DNA of 64,000 nt, taken from a virus. The stretch is from IMG/VR virus record IMGVR_UViG_3300036800_000175, positions 32,001 through 96,000 of that record; one strand, written 5' to 3'. The notes below the pieces were generated by a model. That model saw only the letters and a program-made list of their open reading frames with translations, was not told the origin of the DNA and did no database searches. Numbering within the stretch: position 1 is the stretch's first letter; each line of letters opens with the position of its first letter. Positions 1 through 8,650 of this stretch are shown here, piece by piece. A program made the translations under genes and the position numbers.

Positions 1-2345
1 CCCTCACCGGGTCGGTCGGGAACCTGCTCAAGGCACTGGCTTTCTCTGGTGGCGGGGATCTGCGGGTCCTGACAACCGCGTTGCAGGCCATCTCAGCCCT
101 GCCACCCGGCGCGATCGTCGCGATCGCGGACGCCTACCTGGCCATCAGCGTCGGCCTCCGCGCCGCGACCCTGGCCATGGGCGCGTGGAACATCGCGTCC
201 ACCATCGCCAAAGGCATCCAGGCGGCCCTGTCCGATGAGATCAAGGTAACCGGCGCGGCGCTGGTCATCCAGAAGATCGCGACCCTGGCCATAGCCGCCG
301 CTGACGCCGTGGTGGACGCCGCGGAAACCATTTACATCGCCCTCATGCTCGTCGCGGACGCCGTGTCCCTGCCCCTGATCGCGGTCATCGGCGCGATCGT
401 CCTGGCCGCCGCCGCCCTGGCGTTCGGGATCTATGAGCTGGTCACCCACTGGACCACCGTGTGGCACGCCATCCTCGCCGTGACCCAGGTCGTGTGGAAC
501 TGGATCAAGGGGAACTGGCCGCTGCTGGTCGGGATCCTGCTGGGGCCGGTCGCCACGGCCGCTGTCCTGATTTACCAGCACTGGAACACGATCAAAAACG
601 ACGCGATCGACGTGTGGGATGCGATCAAGTCGTTCTTCACCGGCTGGTGGTCCGGTGAGGTCGCGTCCTGGAAATCCACCCTCAACACGGTCACCGGGAT
701 TTTCCGGAGCGCCTGGAACACGGTCTCCTCGGATGCCAGGTCGGTTTGGAATGCCATCAAATCGTTCTTCACCGGCTGGTGGTCGGCGGAGGTCTCCGGG
801 TGGAAGACGATCATCTCCCAGTTCACCGGGTTCTTCCGGGCGGCATGGAACACGGTGAAGTCCGACGCCCAGTCCATCTGGAACGCCATCAAAAGCTTTT
901 TCTCCGGCTGGTGGACCACTGAGGTCGCGGGCTGGCGGGCCACGATCGCGACGGTAACCGGCATTTTCCGCAACGCGTGGAACGCCATTTACAGCGACAT
1001 CAAATCGTCGTGGGGCCAGATCAAATCGTGGTTCGGGTCGTTCTGGTCAAGCCTCGAATCCGGGTTCAACACCGTCGTCGGCCGGATCAAAACCATCTGG
1101 AAAGGTTTTCAGACCGACATTTCCGCGCCCGTCAACTGGGTGATCAGCAACGTGTACGACAAGTACATTGTCCGGTTCTGGAACGACGTCGCCGGGGCGG
1201 TCGGCCTGCCGAAGTTGAAGGGCCTCGCGGAAGGCGGCATCGTTCCCGGCGGGTACAGCCGGTCCGACAACCAGCTCATGTGGATGCGGTCCGGGGAAGG
1301 CGTGTTGCAGCCCGGTGCGGTCGACGCGCTCGGCGGCCCGGGGTTCATCCACTGGGCCAACGCCAAATACGGGGACCTGGGTGCCGGGCAGAACGCCCCC
1401 GGGCATTTCCAGTTCGGCGGGATCTTCCACGACATCGGCAGTCTCCTGTCCAGCCCCATCCGCGAAGTGCTGTCCATCGGGAAAACCCTTGAGCACGCGG
1501 TCGATGACGGGGTCCTCGCCCCGTTTAAGGCCATCACCAGGATCATGGTCAACGACCTGGCGAAAATTCCTGGGCCCAAGGGTGACGGCATGGTCGGCAT
1601 CATGCAGAAGATGCCGCTGAAAATGTGGGACGGGTTCGTCAGCTGGGTCGGGAACCATCTCCCGTTCGCCAGTAGCGGCAGTGGTGGCGCGTCCGGGCCC
1701 GGGTCGGCTAAAGGCAACGCCATCACCGATTTCGCGGAACGATACCTCGGCACGCCGTATGTGTGGGGCGGGACGAGTCCCAGCGGCTGGGACTGCTCGG
1801 GGTTCACAGAGTTCGTGTATGACCATTTCGGGTGGACCCCGCCGCGGACATCAGAGGAACAGTTCGGCTGGGTGAAACGCATCGCCGCGCCGGTGCCTGG
1901 TGCTTTGGCGTTTTTCGCCGGGTCACCCATCGACCCGCCGCCCGGGCATGTGGGGATTGTCACCAGCCCCAACACGATGATCGACGCCTATGGCACGGGT
2001 TACGGCACGATCTACAACACGATCAACGGCAGTTCCGGCACGGTGATGGGGTTCGGCATCCCGCCGTCCGGATTCAAGTTCGATGACGGCGGGTGGCTGC
2101 AACCCGGCGCGAGCCTGGTGGTCAACACCACGGGCCGGCCAGAGCCGGTACTGACGGGTGAGCAGTGGGGCGCGGTCATCGGCGGCGGCCCGGCGACTGA
2201 GCGGCTGGACGCGATCATCGCCCACCTGGGGGCCCTGGTCAACGCGACCGCAGCAGGGCCGTCCGCGACCGCGGGCGGCCTGGGCCAGGTGCTGAACAGC
2301 ACCGCCCGCAACGCAGCGTTCCGCAACCGCTACCGCACCCGCTAG
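1..2345 (+). CDS. Tape measure protein, C-terminal part (5' truncated by window), with NlpC/P60 peptidase domain
   Basis: Frame open from the window edge; Trp-periodic repeats (IKSFFTGWWS..); LAEGGIV motif; PYVWGG..WDCSG..GHVGI NlpC/P60 motif; FDDGGWL C-terminal motif. Confidence 0.9.
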   Translation, partial: LTGSVGNLLKALAFSGGGDLRVLTTALQAISALPPGAIVAIADAYLAISVGLRAATLAMGAWNIASTIAKGIQAALSDEIKVTGAALVIQKIATLAIAAADAVVDAAETIYIALMLVADAVSLPLIAVIGAIVLAAAALAFGIYELVTHWTTVWHAILAVTQVVWNWIKGNWPLLVGILLGPVATAAVLIYQHWNTIKNDAIDVWDAIKSFFTGWWSGEVASWKSTLNTVTGIFRSAWNTVSSDARSVWNAIKSFFTGWWSAEVSGWKTIISQFTGFFRAAWNTVKSDAQSIWNAIKSFFSGWWTTEVAGWRATIATVTGIFRNAWNAIYSDIKSSWGQIKSWFGSFWSSLESGFNTVVGRIKTIWKGFQTDISAPVNWVISNVYDKYIVRFWNDVAGAVGLPKLKGLAEGGIVPGGYSRSDNQLMWMRSGEGVLQPGAVDALGGPGFIHWANAKYGDLGAGQNAPGHFQFGGIFHDIGSLLSSPIREVLSIGKTLEHAVDDGVLAPFKAITRIMVNDLAKIPGPKGDGMVGIMQKMPLKMWDGFVSWVGNHLPFASSGSGGASGPGSAKGNAITDFAERYLGTPYVWGGTSPSGWDCSGFTEFVYDHFGWTPPRTSEEQFGWVKRIAAPVPGALAFFAGSPIDPPPGHVGIVTSPNTMIDAYGTGYGTIYNTINGSSGTVMGFGIPPSGFKFDDGGWLQPGASLVVNTTGRPEPVLTGEQWGAVIGGGPATERLDAIIAHLGALVNATAAGPSATAGGLGQVLNSTARNAAFRNRYRTR

Positions 2346-2427
2346 CCCTCAGCCGGGCCGGGCAACCGCCTGCCAGCTCGCCAGCCATCCGCTCTCCCTT
2401 CCCTAGACCCAAAACCCGGGGGGGCGT

Positions 2428-5400
2428 GTGGCCGACAGCCTGGTGATCGCCAACGCGATCGAACTGCTCGGCCACCAGGCCGTGTCGGCCAACCCGCGGT
2501 GCGCCGGTGCGCAATTCATGCTGCAACCCGGGTTCTCGCTGGGGGCGCCGCAGCCCACCACAGATTTCGTGGCGTCGCTGATCCTCGATGGGGAACGGCC
2601 CTACGGGCAGCGGTCATCCAACCGCACCATCTCCCTGCCCATCTGGATCAAGGCACCCAACAGGTACATCCTCGCCGCGGCCCGCGAGGTCCTCGAAGAG
2701 GCGATCAACCAGCAGACGTGGACGCTGGCTTGGACACGCGACCCCGGGGCGGGCGGGACGCCGCTGACATTGCTGCTGGACTGTTTCCGCGCCCAGCCGT
2801 CCGTCCCGACGTACAACACGTCGGCGGAAAAACAAGGCGGGGTCCTCGGCTCCCAGATCACGATCCAGTTTGAGGCGCTGCCGTTCGGCCGGTCCGACAC
2901 CCAAACCCAGGTCGCGTTCGCCGCGCCCGTCCCCACCGCGCCGCCGCCACCGCCGGCGCCGGTGGTGCTGGACAACTACTCCACGATCAGCACCCCCACC
3001 TTTTCCCAGTCCACGCAGTGCATCGTCGGCCCGAACTCCGGCTGCTGGGATCCGGACTCGTTCGGTGACCCGGGCGGGCAGGTCAGCCCCCTGGCGTACA
3101 GCGCCATGTTCGGCACCCCGCTGAACCTCACCGGGATGACGTCGGTGCAGGGATATGTGGGGCTCGGTTCCCGGTACTGGTGGGCGCTCGAGCACAGCGG
3201 GAAGACGCGGATCCGCGTCGATATGACGCTGACCGACACCAACGGGCAGACGCTGTCGTTTTCGAGGTCGAACCTGCTCATCCCGGTGTCGCCGGTCTAC
3301 TCAGTCCCGGTGTTCTCCCGGGTCACCCTGTTCATCCCCCAGGGCAGCACGACGTTCCTGTACGGCTCGGTCGCCTCATACTCCCTCAAGATCACGAACC
3401 GGGCGTATCCGGCTGACCGTTTCGCGTGGACCACCGCCTACCTCGATGCGCTGACCGCCTACCCGGCGTCCCAGACCGCCGCGCCGGTGACCCGCGGGAA
3501 CGTTTACACCCTGTACGGGGTCGTCGGCACCGCGCGGGCCCCCGCGTCGCTGTCTTTCCAGCAGGCACCCACCCCGGGGACGCCGACCACGATCACCACG
3601 GCCGGTGCCGGGACGTACACCGTCCCCGCGGGCACCGTCTACCTCAAAGTTGAGGCCATCGGTGGTGGTGGTGCCGGGGCGAGCCAGGCCGTCGCTGGTG
3701 TCGGCGGCGGTGGTGGCGGTGGTGAGGACGCCCAGGAACCCGTGTTCGCCGCGGTCCCCGCCCAGGTCATCCCCTACCTAGTCGGCGCCGGTGGCACATC
3801 GGGTGCGACCCCGGTCAACGGGCAGCCCACCGTGTTCGGGCCCGGGCCGTCCAGCTCCCTCGCGGTGGTCGCCAACGGTGGCCAGTCCGCTGCGCAGAAC
3901 TCGATCACGGCCGGGCCCGGCGGATCCGGGTCCGGAAACCTGACCCACTTCCCCGGCGGCCCCGGCCGCACCGCCTCCGGTTCCGTCGGTGGTGGTGGCG
4001 GGAGCTCGGCGGGGAGCCTGCTGCCCGGTAACACGCCGACCGGGACCGCGAACGTCACCCTGACCGGCTCAGGGAACTGGACGGTCCCGCTCGGTGTCAC
4101 CCAGGTCACCGTGACCGCGATCGGCGCGGGCGGCGGGGCGGGGACCGGCGGGGCAGGCAACGGCGCGGGGGGTGGTGGCGGGGAATCCGCCATCGAGACG
4201 TTCACCGTCACCCCCGGGGCCAGCATCCCCTACTCCTGCGGGGCCGGTGGCACCCCCGGTGCGACGTCGGGGGACCTGCCGGGCAGCGCGGGCGGGAACA
4301 CCACCTTCGGGCCGGTCAGCTCGGTCACCCTCACCGCGCATGGTGGCAGCGGCGGCCCGTCGTCCACGCATTCGGTGTCCGGCGGGCCCGGTGGCACCGG
4401 GTCGGCCGCGCCCGTGCACTTCAACGGCGGGCAGGGCGGCACGAACAACCCCTACACCGGGGGTGGCGGATCGTCAGCCGGGCCGGCGTCTGCGGGGAAC
4501 GCAGGCAACGGGTACGCCGGCGCGGGGGTCGCGCCCTCCGGTGGCGGCGCGGGCGGCGCGGGGTCGGGAAGCCGCTCCGGCACAGGTGCGTCCGGGTCGC
4601 TGCCCGGTGGTGGTGGTGGTGGTACCTGGTCGTCGGGGTTCACCGCCGGGACGGGCGGCGCCGGGCAGATCGTCATCGCCTACCCGGGTGGCGCACCCAC
4701 GAACAACGGTGCTGCCGCGCCAGCTGGCGGCGGCGCTGGTGGTGCGGGCGGCGCGAGCGCCAACACTGCGGGGACGGCCGGGACGGCACCCGGTGGTGGT
4801 GGCGGCGGCGCCGATTCGACCGGCACCAGTGAGGCGGGCGGCGCGGGCGCGGCCGGGAAACTGATCATCACCCCGTACACCAACCCGGCGTTCAAAACGC
4901 TGATCGTGCACCGGCCGCCGCTCGGCACCCCCAAAACCTTCCAGCCCCTCGTCAGTGTGGGTGGCGGGACAGGTGTGCCGAACGGCGGGACGCAGTACAC
5001 CATGCCGCAGCCCATCACCGGGGTCTCCGCCGATTTTTCCGGCACCTACACCCTGTACCTGGTCAACGCGTCATGGAACGGCAGCACCTCGCGGACGATC
5101 ACGGTCACGGTCACCCAATGGGACGTGACCGGCGGCACCTCCAACGCAGTGTCCACCACCCCGATCACGATCACGCCCGCGCAGATCACCAACGGGATCG
5201 TGACCGCCGGGGTCCTCACATTGCCGCAACGAAGGGTCGCCGCCGACAACACCGGCGGTTTCTACACCGTGTCGGTGACCGACACCAACACCAGCGACCG
5301 TTTCTATGACCTGATTTTCCTCGACACGATGGGCCAGACCGCCGTCATCAACGAGCCGACAACGGGCTATTCCACCTACTGGATTGATGAGCCGGACGCG

Positions 5401-5607
5401 CTCACTGATCTGGGCCTGCACCTGGGTTCCAACTCCGGGCGGCCCAACGCGATTTCGGTGATGGACGCGTGCCCGTCGCTGTCCGGCGGGCCGATCACCC
5501 TGGAACCCGCCGACGGGGATAACCAGCTGTTCGCGTACTGCCTTGAGGGCGCCCCGTCCATCGGCCTCACGTACTACGCCAGATGGTTCTTCGACCGCCT
5601 GTTCTGA
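2428..5607 (+). CDS. Distal tail / minor tail protein with long glycine-rich domains
   Basis: Directly after TMP; N-terminal Dit-like segment (NRTISLPIWI); repeated GGGGGG and VxAIGxGGxG glycine-rich modules. Confidence 0.75.
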   Translation: MADSLVIANAIELLGHQAVSANPRCAGAQFMLQPGFSLGAPQPTTDFVASLILDGERPYGQRSSNRTISLPIWIKAPNRYILAAAREVLEEAINQQTWTLAWTRDPGAGGTPLTLLLDCFRAQPSVPTYNTSAEKQGGVLGSQITIQFEALPFGRSDTQTQVAFAAPVPTAPPPPPAPVVLDNYSTISTPTFSQSTQCIVGPNSGCWDPDSFGDPGGQVSPLAYSAMFGTPLNLTGMTSVQGYVGLGSRYWWALEHSGKTRIRVDMTLTDTNGQTLSFSRSNLLIPVSPVYSVPVFSRVTLFIPQGSTTFLYGSVASYSLKITNRAYPADRFAWTTAYLDALTAYPASQTAAPVTRGNVYTLYGVVGTARAPASLSFQQAPTPGTPTTITTAGAGTYTVPAGTVYLKVEAIGGGGAGASQAVAGVGGGGGGGEDAQEPVFAAVPAQVIPYLVGAGGTSGATPVNGQPTVFGPGPSSSLAVVANGGQSAAQNSITAGPGGSGSGNLTHFPGGPGRTASGSVGGGGGSSAGSLLPGNTPTGTANVTLTGSGNWTVPLGVTQVTVTAIGAGGGAGTGGAGNGAGGGGGESAIETFTVTPGASIPYSCGAGGTPGATSGDLPGSAGGNTTFGPVSSVTLTAHGGSGGPSSTHSVSGGPGGTGSAAPVHFNGGQGGTNNPYTGGGGSSAGPASAGNAGNGYAGAGVAPSGGGAGGAGSGSRSGTGASGSLPGGGGGGTWSSGFTAGTGGAGQIVIAYPGGAPTNNGAAAPAGGGAGGAGGASANTAGTAGTAPGGGGGGADSTGTSEAGGAGAAGKLIITPYTNPAFKTLIVHRPPLGTPKTFQPLVSVGGGTGVPNGGTQYTMPQPITGVSADFSGTYTLYLVNASWNGSTSRTITVTVTQWDVTGGTSNAVSTTPITITPAQITNGIVTAGVLTLPQRRVAADNTGGFYTVSVTDTNTSDRFYDLIFLDTMGQTAVINEPTTGYSTYWIDEPDALTDLGLHLGSNSGRPNAISVMDACPSLSGGPITLEPADGDNQLFAYCLEGAPSIGLTYYARWFFDRLF

Positions 5608-5630
5608 CCATTCAACGGAGGGGGACTGCC

Positions 5631-6353
5631 GTGTTCCTGCTGTCGCGCCGTCAGGCGCACGCCGCGCTCGCCGGCGCGGGGACTGCGCTGGCGTATCTCG
5701 CCGCCGCTGAGGTCGGCTCTAAAAAGCCGGTCCGGGCCGGCAGCCTGTTCGTGCTGTCCAGCATGGCTCTCGCTGGCCTGATGACCGCCAAGTCATCGGT
5801 GAAAGCCCGCGGCACCGAAGCCCGGCTCAACCATTTCTTCAACAACGGCGGGTCGGTCGGCGGCGACTTCGTCGTGAACGGGAACCACACTGTCACCGGG
5901 GATATCAGTGGCGGCGGCCACATGCAGGTCCCGGGGAACATTTCTAACGCCATCGCCGGCGGAACCGGGAACATCAACACCAACGGCGACATCAACGGCA
6001 CAGGGAGCATCGGCGGCAGTGGGGCGCAGTTCACCGGAGGCGGCGTCACCACGACCGGGGGGGCGACGATCGGCGGGGCTGTATCGGCAGGCGGCAACCT
6101 GAACATGAACGGCAACAACGTCAACTCGGCGGGAACGCTCAACGCTGGCGGCCTTAACACTTCGGGTGGTGCGACTGTTGGCGGGGCGCTATCCGCAGGC
6201 GGCAACGTGAACATGAACGGCAACAACATTAATGACATCGGCAGCCTGGGCGGGAACGGCGGGAACATCGGCACGACCAACGGCATCGCCGTAGGCGGAA
6301 ACATTAGCATGGGCGGCAATATCAATATGAACGGGCACACGGTTAACCCGTAA
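5631..6353 (+). CDS. Gly/Asn-rich beta-repeat tail-associated protein with hydrophobic N-terminus
   Basis: GGAGG RBS before GTG 5631; repeated GGNxNMNGNN motifs; lies in the tail operon. Confidence 0.55.
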   Translation: MFLLSRRQAHAALAGAGTALAYLAAAEVGSKKPVRAGSLFVLSSMALAGLMTAKSSVKARGTEARLNHFFNNGGSVGGDFVVNGNHTVTGDISGGGHMQVPGNISNAIAGGTGNINTNGDINGTGSIGGSGAQFTGGGVTTTGGATIGGAVSAGGNLNMNGNNVNSAGTLNAGGLNTSGGATVGGALSAGGNVNMNGNNINDIGSLGGNGGNIGTTNGIAVGGNISMGGNINMNGHTVNP

Positions 6354-6354
6354 A

Positions 6355-7494
6355 ATGACGACGTACAGCGTCCCGAATGCCAGCCAGGTATCGGTCACCG
6401 CCCCCGGGTCGTCATCGCCGCAGTGGTTCGGTGCGTTCGGGCACGTCACCGGCCTGTCCTACGCCTACGCGTGCCCCGGCGGGTGCGACAAAGCGTCATG
6501 GACGTTGCAGGTGCCCCCCGGGTACCGCAACCAGGCGATGAACCCCGGCGGGAACGTGTCGATCCACCGCGGCGGCCACGTCGTGTGGAACGGGAAACTT
6601 GATGAGCCGGTAGCCACCCCCACCGGGTGGACGATGACCGCGATCGGCACCGGGAACCTCGGCACCGACTACCTCGCCCTGTACACGGGGACCTGGCCCA
6701 CCGGGCTGCCCGACAGCGCGGTCAACGCGGCGATCACCCGGGGGCTGCCGTGGGCCAACCCGGGCATCGGCACCCCGACGGGGATATGGCTGGGCCAGGA
6801 AATCGACTCCGGCGCGCAGACCGTCACCGACCTGCTCACCCTCGTGACCAGCCGCGGCGGCCTGACCTGGTATGTGAACAGCCAGCCCGGCGGGCTGCCC
6901 GGCAACGACCTGAGCGTCTTTGCCCTGCCGACCGTGCCGAACCGGCTGCTGGTGTGCAACACGCCCGTCCCGCGGACCCTGGGCGGGGATATCAACACGA
7001 TCTATCTGCGCTACATGGTGACCGCCGACAACGCCACCACCGGCGCGGCCGCGGCATATGCGACGACCAGCGTGGCCAACGCCGCATCGGTCACCGCTCA
7101 CGGCGTGATCGAAACGTACATCGACCTGTCCGACGTCGGCGTGCAGACCGCCACCGCCGCGCAGGCCGTCGGGAACTATGTTCTGTCGATCTACCAGCGG
7201 GCCAGTTTCGCCGGCCCGTTCACCGTCTCCCCGGGGCAGCTGCTGACCACCGGGGGGCAGCCCGTCGATCTGGGCACCGACCAGGCGGGCACCGTCTGCC
7301 GGCTCATATTGACCGACTACGGCTACGGCGGCGAGGTCACACCGGGCCCGGTCACGTTCATCACCGGCGCGTACGTGTACGACGACCAGGCGCAGACCGC
7401 GCAGATCACCCCGTACCAGTCGCTGGATGAGTCCCTGACGGGGCTGCTGAGCATGGAAAACACGATTCTCACCCCCATCGCCGCAGCGTCCTGA
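6355..7494 (+). CDS. Minor tail (hub/Tal-like) protein
   Basis: PGGCxxASWTL, VVWNGKL motifs typical of actinophage tail hub proteins; position. Confidence 0.7.
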   Translation: MTTYSVPNASQVSVTAPGSSSPQWFGAFGHVTGLSYAYACPGGCDKASWTLQVPPGYRNQAMNPGGNVSIHRGGHVVWNGKLDEPVATPTGWTMTAIGTGNLGTDYLALYTGTWPTGLPDSAVNAAITRGLPWANPGIGTPTGIWLGQEIDSGAQTVTDLLTLVTSRGGLTWYVNSQPGGLPGNDLSVFALPTVPNRLLVCNTPVPRTLGGDINTIYLRYMVTADNATTGAAAAYATTSVANAASVTAHGVIETYIDLSDVGVQTATAAQAVGNYVLSIYQRASFAGPFTVSPGQLLTTGGQPVDLGTDQAGTVCRLILTDYGYGGEVTPGPVTFITGAYVYDDQAQTAQITPYQSLDESLTGLLSMENTILTPIAAAS

Positions 7495-7527
7495 CCCGCC
7501 ATCCCCACCGCCGCGAGAGAGGCACCC

Positions 7528-7872
7528 ATGCCAGACACGTACGTCTATGAGCATCCGGAAAGGCTGGGCCTCGGCCAGCATCACACCAGCGAGGACCTGG
7601 CTGGCCGGCCGGCGCAGCCACCGGAAGCTGCCGCGGCGCTGCGGGCCGCCATGGAAGCCATCGAGCCGACCCCTGAGCAGCGGGCGAAGATGGACGCCCT
7701 GCTGGGCCAGACCATGGCCGACCTCGACATGCCCCACGGCACCCAGGCCGGGTTCGTGGCCACCGACGAAGCCACCGGCCATCACATCGTCAGCTGGACG
7801 GACAAGGCGGGGACGGCGCGGTACACGTCGGTCAGCCCGGAACTGTTCGCCCAGTTTTTCCGGGAGGCGTGA
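7528..7872 (+). CDS. Hypothetical virion-operon protein
   Basis: ORF with GAGG RBS in operon. Confidence 0.6.
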   Translation: MPDTYVYEHPERLGLGQHHTSEDLAGRPAQPPEAAAALRAAMEAIEPTPEQRAKMDALLGQTMADLDMPHGTQAGFVATDEATGHHIVSWTDKAGTARYTSVSPELFAQFFREA

Positions 7873-7875
7873 CCC

Positions 7876-8328
7876 ATGGCCACCATCAGTGCCGGGCAGT
7901 TCATGGAATCCGGTGAGATCGCCGCCGTCTACGCCGCGGTCGGCAAGGGCGGCACGGCGACCCCGTACACCACGACCTATATGGCGCTGGCGCAGAACGC
8001 GGCGTCGGGCAGCATTGACGACACCTGGGTCCTGATGTCGTCGGGGGTCACTGAGCAGTCCGGTGACGGGTACGCCCGGCAGCCGATCACCACCTCATCA
8101 GGCTGGTCGACACCCACGTCGGCGTCACCGTCGGTGATTTCCAACGCGGCGGTGCTCTCATGGGGGCCGGTGGTCACCGCCAACTGGACTCAGGTCAACT
8201 GGGGGATGCTGGCCAGCGCCCTGACCGCCGGGATCCCGCTCATCGCCTACCTGCTGACCACACCCCGGACCGCGCTGATCGGTGACACCGTCGCCGGCGC
8301 GATCGGGGCGTTCACCGCGCAGGTCTGA
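7876..8328 (+). CDS. Minor tail / tail-fibre-associated protein
   Basis: ExSGxGYARQ..ISNAAVLSW..ANW motif seen in small phage tail proteins. Confidence 0.65.
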   Translation: MATISAGQFMESGEIAAVYAAVGKGGTATPYTTTYMALAQNAASGSIDDTWVLMSSGVTEQSGDGYARQPITTSSGWSTPTSASPSVISNAAVLSWGPVVTANWTQVNWGMLASALTAGIPLIAYLLTTPRTALIGDTVAGAIGAFTAQV

Positions 8329-8332
8329 CCCG

Positions 8333-8647
8333 GTGGCCGTCCATCTGGTCACGCCGGTCCGGCATGTGGTGCCCGACCTCAAGGTGCCCCGCATGTGGCC
8401 GTGTGAGGCGTCCGGGACCGGGCTGGCCGCCCGCAAATGCGGGGCGACCCCGGCCAGCCTGTGGCGGCGGTCCTGCCGCAACGGCCATTCGCGGGACGTG
8501 CGGCTATGCCCGTCGCACGCCCAGCTGATCACCTCAGGGCTGGGTGCCTGCGCGGAGTGCGCTGACCGGGGCGCTGCTGCTGCCGCGTTCCTGGCCCCGG
8601 TGGACCTGGTGTTCGTCCCGGGCACACGGGCAGGCGACCGGAGGTAA
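8333..8647 (+). CDS. Cys/His-rich putative Zn-binding protein
   Basis: C-x11-C-x3-H-x6-C-x2-H..CxxC pattern. Confidence 0.55.
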   Translation: MAVHLVTPVRHVVPDLKVPRMWPCEASGTGLAARKCGATPASLWRRSCRNGHSRDVRLCPSHAQLITSGLGACAECADRGAAAAAFLAPVDLVFVPGTRAGDRR

Positions 8648-8650
8648 ATC

